The position numbers were made by a program, and so were the translations under genes. 54,391 nt of DNA from Octopus bimaculoides (lineage: Eukaryota): the NCBI RefSeq assembly GCF_001194135.2, contig NC_068984.1, forward strand, positions 38,814,393 to 38,868,783, read 5' to 3'. Each line of letters begins with the position of its first letter. Within the stretch, counting starts at the first letter, position 1. Shown here in pieces: positions 49,870 through 54,391 of the stretch. Below the pieces are notes generated by a model. The model worked only from the letters and a program-made list of their open reading frames with translations, ran no database searches and was not told the origin of the DNA.

Positions 49870-50490
49870 ATTGGTAACCCTGTCAGTGCAGGTGCCACTT
49901 AAAAGCACCCAGTCCACACTGTAAAGTGGTTGGTGTTTAGAAGGGCATCCAGCTGTAAAAACCTTGTCAAAACTGACTTCACCTGTGCTTGTGCCACATA
50001 AAAAGCACTACGTCCACTCTGCGAGTGGACGGTTTGAGGAAGGGCAGCCAGCTGTAAAACAGTCACAGAAGTCTGGTGCAGACTTTGGCCTGGCTGGCTC
50101 TTGTGGTACTGTCCCACCCATGGAACATGGACGTTAAATGGATGATGATGATTATAGGAGATGGTTGTGAGATGTGTATAATGCCAAATTACTTCAGAAC
50201 ATCTTTAAAATAAGAGGACTAATAATGCAACCTTTGATTATACAATCTTTATAAGATTAGCAAATAAAATCTTACATCATTCATCATCATATAACATACT
50301 TTTTTTTCCATGATGGCAAGGGTTGGACACTTTGAGAACAGACAAACTAAATGGCTCCACTAGGTTCTAAGTCTGCTTTGGCATGGTTTCTACAGCTGGA
50401 TGCCCTTTCTGGTGCTAATTACTTTACAGTGTGTACTAGGTGCATTTTATGTAGCACTAGCAGCACCCAGTACACTCTGTTAAGTGGTTG
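49870..50490. mobile_element. Tail-to-tail inverted family C SINEs (49870-50150 plus, 50278-50490 minus)
   Basis: Family C core in both orientations. Confidence 0.65.
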
Positions 50491-52241
50491 GCATTTTTGA
50501 ATTTTGTTTTGAAATACTTCCTGCTCCCACATTGTTCTATACAATTTAAAAACAGGACATCTCAACTGTCATTAGTAACAACAATCTTAGCAATTTCAAA
50601 AGTAACTTCCTCACTGCACCCTTGATAAACAATGATTAGCTTTCTGTTACTACTGAAGAGGGCAGGAAACACCCATTACCCTGATTTGAAGAAAAGCAGA
50701 TAGGTGCCCTGGCTAAATACTTGCAGTAGAGCTAATAAATCTGCTAAAGGCATCTAAGGATCAGGTGGTGATGTTAAAATGGGTCATGGATTAATTCTGC
50801 TACCTAGGAACAGGAATGGTACCCTCCAATCAGTCTTTGTATAGTATCTACCATTAATATTTCACTCAAAAGGCTTTGATTGACCTGAGACTGAGGTACA
50901 AGGCACTTTCCCAAGGTGCCAAATAGTGGAATTGAACTTCACACTATGTTGTTGGGAAGTGAACTTCTTAACTTGCATGCATGAAAGGATGCTACTGCAT
51001 AAAAGGTAGTATTATAAGAGGATGTAATCTTTTGATTAATCTTGTGATATATCCTAGAACAGTCTGATCTGGTACCATTCTTTAATGCCTAAGAATTATT
51101 AGCAGAACAGTTTCTGTAGCAAGTTATTTGGCTGTTTTCCCAGACAGAGCAAATTCCTAAGATCTAGTTTGTTACATTGTAGCTGTGGTGATGTATATAT
51201 TGTGGATGAAAAATACACATTTCTTTTTAATGGTTTCATCATAATTTAAACACTGAGCAAAGTTACACAACCAGAAAGTGATATATCAGAGACTGATGGA
51301 AGAAAGAGAGGAAGACACTATGATTCATGGTACAAATGCTTGCAACTCCTTTGAAGTTATTGAAGGGCTTGGTGGTGATTTAAACTGATTAAAAGACTGA
51401 GGTTTCCATCCAAGAATAAGCACTGTCAATTTGACTGGCTAATTTCTGCCAACCCAATTTCTTTCAAAAGGCCTAGGTAAATCTGAGGTAATGGTAACTG
51501 CCCAAGGTCTTGTGCAGTTGGATCAAACCCAAATACATATGACTGTGAAATGAAATTCTTTACAAGATGAGTATATAATGAATTAGAAATATTATCAAGC
51601 AAGAGCTCCATAATCAAATATGCAAAGCCAAAAGAGAGCTGTAATATCTTGTAATTCATATGCTGATGATTGTCTTCTTTCAGTGAAATATGGAAAATCT
51701 CGGGCTATTGCCACCCATTTATTTTGAGAAAGATTTCCTGTGTACATATTCATGCCAACCTTCAATATATTTCAGATTAACTCACTTGTCTGACAAGTTC
51801 CTTGATCTAAAAGTAGATGTTAAAACTGAAATGATTAGGTCATGGAAGAGCCTTTTCAGTCATCTGAAAACAGAAAACTGTGAAATTCACTTTTCATTTA
51901 TTTCTTGAGGTTGGTTTCTAGTTGGTCAGAATTGCTCTCCACGGTGCTTCTATATAGTCTTTACACCAAAAACTGTCACTAAATAGACTTTGATATAAAT
52001 GAAAAGCAAATGTTTCACGTTTTTATGGAAATGAAGAACTAGATCTTGCTTTCTTGAAGTCGGGTCTTGTACGATAATTTGGTGCTTATCTCAAGCAGTT
52101 TTAAACTTTAGTTACAGTGAAGTTAACTAACGCATATAGAAAGGATTAAGAAATCTGAATTATCCAACTGTTCACAAAACTCTACAAGGACAAAACACTG
52201 AAAGGAAATGTCAGGAAGGGAAATCTGTGAAATTTTCTCAC

Positions 52242-52382
52242 TTGAGTTTCTGGAATCTGAAGTGCAGGGAGAGATTTCAAAAAAGAAGTTTCATTTAATG
52301 GCTTAGAGCAAGAATTTTGAGAATCTAAGACGACGAAGTGACTGGGTTGAAAGTAATTGTAATCTTCAGATATTCCATCCAT
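52242..52382 (-). CDS. TP53BP1: 53BP1 first coding exon (MDGISEDYNYFQPSHFVVLDSQ...LPALQIPETQ); exon acceptor at 52390
   Basis: Acceptor tttccttag, donor CAA|GTGAGA, 47 codons, phase 0, similarity to the human N-terminus. Confidence 0.8.
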
Positions 52383-52829
52383 TCCATAGTCTAAGGAAAT
52401 AAACAAAACTAGTTAGTAAACATCAGTAACAGAACATTTCGGTATATAGTAAAACTGACAAACAGTTGTTATATTTCTAATGTAAAACAACCAATAACAT
52501 TTTTTTTTTTTTTTTTTGCGTACAACTTTCCTGGTCTGAAGTATATGAAGACATCTAACATGTTTGATTCATAAAAACGATTGTCATAATACTAGACTGA
52601 GGGTCACATGCGTGAAATGTTATCTTAACAGTATGAGAAACAGCAAAAACCGTTTATTTACTTTGGCTTCCTTATTTCTATTTTTCATTGATACTATTTA
52701 TATAACATTTTTTTTTTAAATACATAAAACAAATCATCAACAAGTAGTGCAAATGAAAAGTTCAGTATTTTGTGAAACTATAATCGAAGTTTTCTTAACG
52801 ATTTGTTGCTTGTATAAATATTTACTTAC

Positions 52830-52895
52830 GATGAGTCCAAGAAATAATTTGAAATTAATCTGCGTGCTATTTACAAAAGTTTGACGCGGTATGTT
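52830..52895 (-). other. TP53BP1: Putative non-coding exon 1 (5'UTR) of TP53BP1; 5' end approximate
   Basis: Strong minus-strand donor C|GTAAGT at 52829 in a CpG-containing patch upstream of the first coding exon. Confidence 0.55.
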
Positions 52896-53073
52896 CGTAC
52901 TTTTAATTTCATGTTTATTGATTAACTGTCATTTAATTAATTATTTAAATTATTTTAGTATCTATTTTGTAGATAATAATGAATTTTTAAAACATTCATT
53001 TTGAAAAAATTGAGACATTATATACGTAACCAAAGTCGGGAATTATAAATTACATTAACGTGTGTGGATATAG

Positions 53074-53081
53074 CCTCTTTC
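53074..53081 (+). promoter_or_regulatory. RPS6: TCT initiator / 5'TOP tract of RPS6
   Basis: CCTCTTTC matches the YC+1TYTYY ribosomal-protein initiator, 38 nt before the ATG. Confidence 0.8.
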
Positions 53082-53112
53082 TCGCGTGATAGTTCCGTTG
53101 TAAGGAACAGCT

Positions 53113-53118
53113 ATGAAG
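53113..53118 (+). CDS. RPS6: 40S ribosomal protein S6, coding exon 1 (MK)
   Basis: ATGAAG|GTATGT; same two-codon first exon as vertebrate RPS6. Confidence 0.92.
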
Positions 53119-53791
53119 GTATGTTAACAAAATATTAATTTTTATTTGTTTTATGATTTGAATCTTGCTAAAATAATATCATATTTGAATAGTAGATACT
53201 TTATTTATCTTGATGAAAATAAAACTTCTTATGAAAGTTATTTAAATAATGAAGATGACAACTGATAAAGTTGCCGAAAGTCCACGTTAAATACGACAGC
53301 CATGTAACAACACATGGGTGATCGAAATTAATTTTACGACTACTTATTTCAACGCTGTCTCGCTTTAACCTTTGTCAAAATGATACTTTTTTCCCCTCAT
53401 TTCAAAAGCTGTTGATAATTTTTGGTTTTCAAATAATTTTTAGACAGTGCTAAAGTGGTGTACTATACTTGTGAATAAGCACTATTTCTACACCGACATT
53501 CAACCAATAGTTTATAACCTCCATTGTATATATGTGGCTGTTTTTATTTGTAAATTTACAATATCATTAAATTTCTGTTAGAAACCCCACTGAAGCCTTT
53601 AAAGTTGCATCAAAATCTTAAAAATACTGCATTTATTCGGTTTTGAAAACATGTCAGCTCGTATTTGTAGTTACAATTTCTTGTTCCATTTCAATTTTAA
53701 ATTTCATCATTGCATTAACATTTTTCTAATGTAATTTCTTTGATTATACTACCGATTAGAATTTAAGCTTCAAATGTATATTTATTTTCAG

Positions 53792-53923
53792 CTGAATATC
53801 TCGTATCCAGCCACTGGCTGCCAAAAGTTAATAGAAATCGATTCCGAAAAGAAATTGCGACCATTTTATGATAAGCGTATTTCTGCGGAGATAAGTGCTG
53901 AAAGTCTCGGTGACGAATGGAAG
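53792..53923 (+). CDS. RPS6: 40S ribosomal protein S6, exon 2 ([44 protein letters not shown])
   Basis: Canonical eS6 N-terminus; tttattttcag acceptor, AAG|GTAAC donor, 132 nt. Confidence 0.97.
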
Positions 53924-54391
53924 GTAACATATTGATACGTGTTTGTGTTTATATATATTTGTACCTTTTCTATTATATCCAATGTAGACCTATTGAACAT
54001 TTACATTTATGTTAAGTGATCCTGTTATGGATCATATTAGACAAATGTTAGTCACTCAACTGAAGACTAACTAGGGTTACCCACCCGATCTACTTGGTTG
54101 GCGGGTGGCCCAAACATATCTGCATGAAAGCCTAAATAGATCAATAGGCGTTTGTGGGGAATTAAATGCACTTCATTTGGTATCTGTATACGTGTAAAAC
54201 TAACAGAAAATAATTGAGAGAGAAATGGCTGTTGCCCTCTATGGTGCTACTCGTTTATTATAAATACATATCTAGTTGAAATATTTTAATTTTTATAATT
54301 TGTTAGCTCTAGTAATTTGATAAATGTTTTTTTGTTTGTTTTCTCTTAGAGTTAACCCTAATATCTTGTTACTACAATGACAATTTTATTG

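Larger units (their letters stand above)
963..52895 (-). other. TP53BP1: Multi-exon gene span, p53-binding protein 1 (53BP1) orthologue; 3' part runs off the left edge
   Basis: Manually chained GT-AG exons with compatible phases (~4,130 coding nt). N-terminus HFVVLDSQ...FLKSLPALQ resembles human CLIIEDSQ...LSRHLPNLQ. Oligomerisation-domain-like exon and SGEYADVSSLS resemble human SGDLGDISSFS. SQ/TQ-rich throughout. Human sequence recalled from memory, not aligned by tool. Confidence 0.85.

Noticed and set aside
53195-53262. TTGATGA...CTGA as a C/D snoRNA in RPS6 intron 1
   Set aside because: Very AT-rich, short, and no recognisable rRNA-complementary guide; likely chance
1-54391. CRISPR arrays, rRNA genes, prokaryotic operons
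   Set aside because: None seen; the repeats are dispersed SINEs and microsatellites in eukaryotic introns

Overview
AT-rich animal genomic DNA. The SINE, RTE-LINE and microsatellite landscape looks like an octopus (coleoid cephalopod) genome; this is my recognition, not a database result. About 52 kb of the window is one large minus-strand, multi-exon gene that I reconstruct as a TP53BP1 (53BP1) orthologue. The model has about 22 coding exons (~1,375 codons) with consistent GT-AG sites and reading phase, apart from one unresolved junction near 28-30 kb. It shows a 53BP1-like N-terminus, SQ/TQ clusters, LxL motifs, an LC8-type motif and a recognisable oligomerisation domain. The Tudor/UDR/BRCT exons would lie beyond position 1. 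Head-to-head with it, roughly 200 bp away, is RPS6 (TCT/TOP start, exons 1-2). The introns hold three abundant SINE families plus decayed RTE, CR1/L2, R4/Dong and Gypsy-like pieces, and mariner, Tigger, hAT and Helitron remnants. Oddities worth follow-up: an intron-containing tRNA-Met-like relic, a large foldback hairpin, a CpG-rich LTR/promoter-like island, an out-of-frame uATG, a triplicated splice donor, and a skippable exon bracketed by inverted SINEs. There are two N gaps. I found no clearly new multi-gene system; the best leads are regulatory or splicing features of 53BP1.
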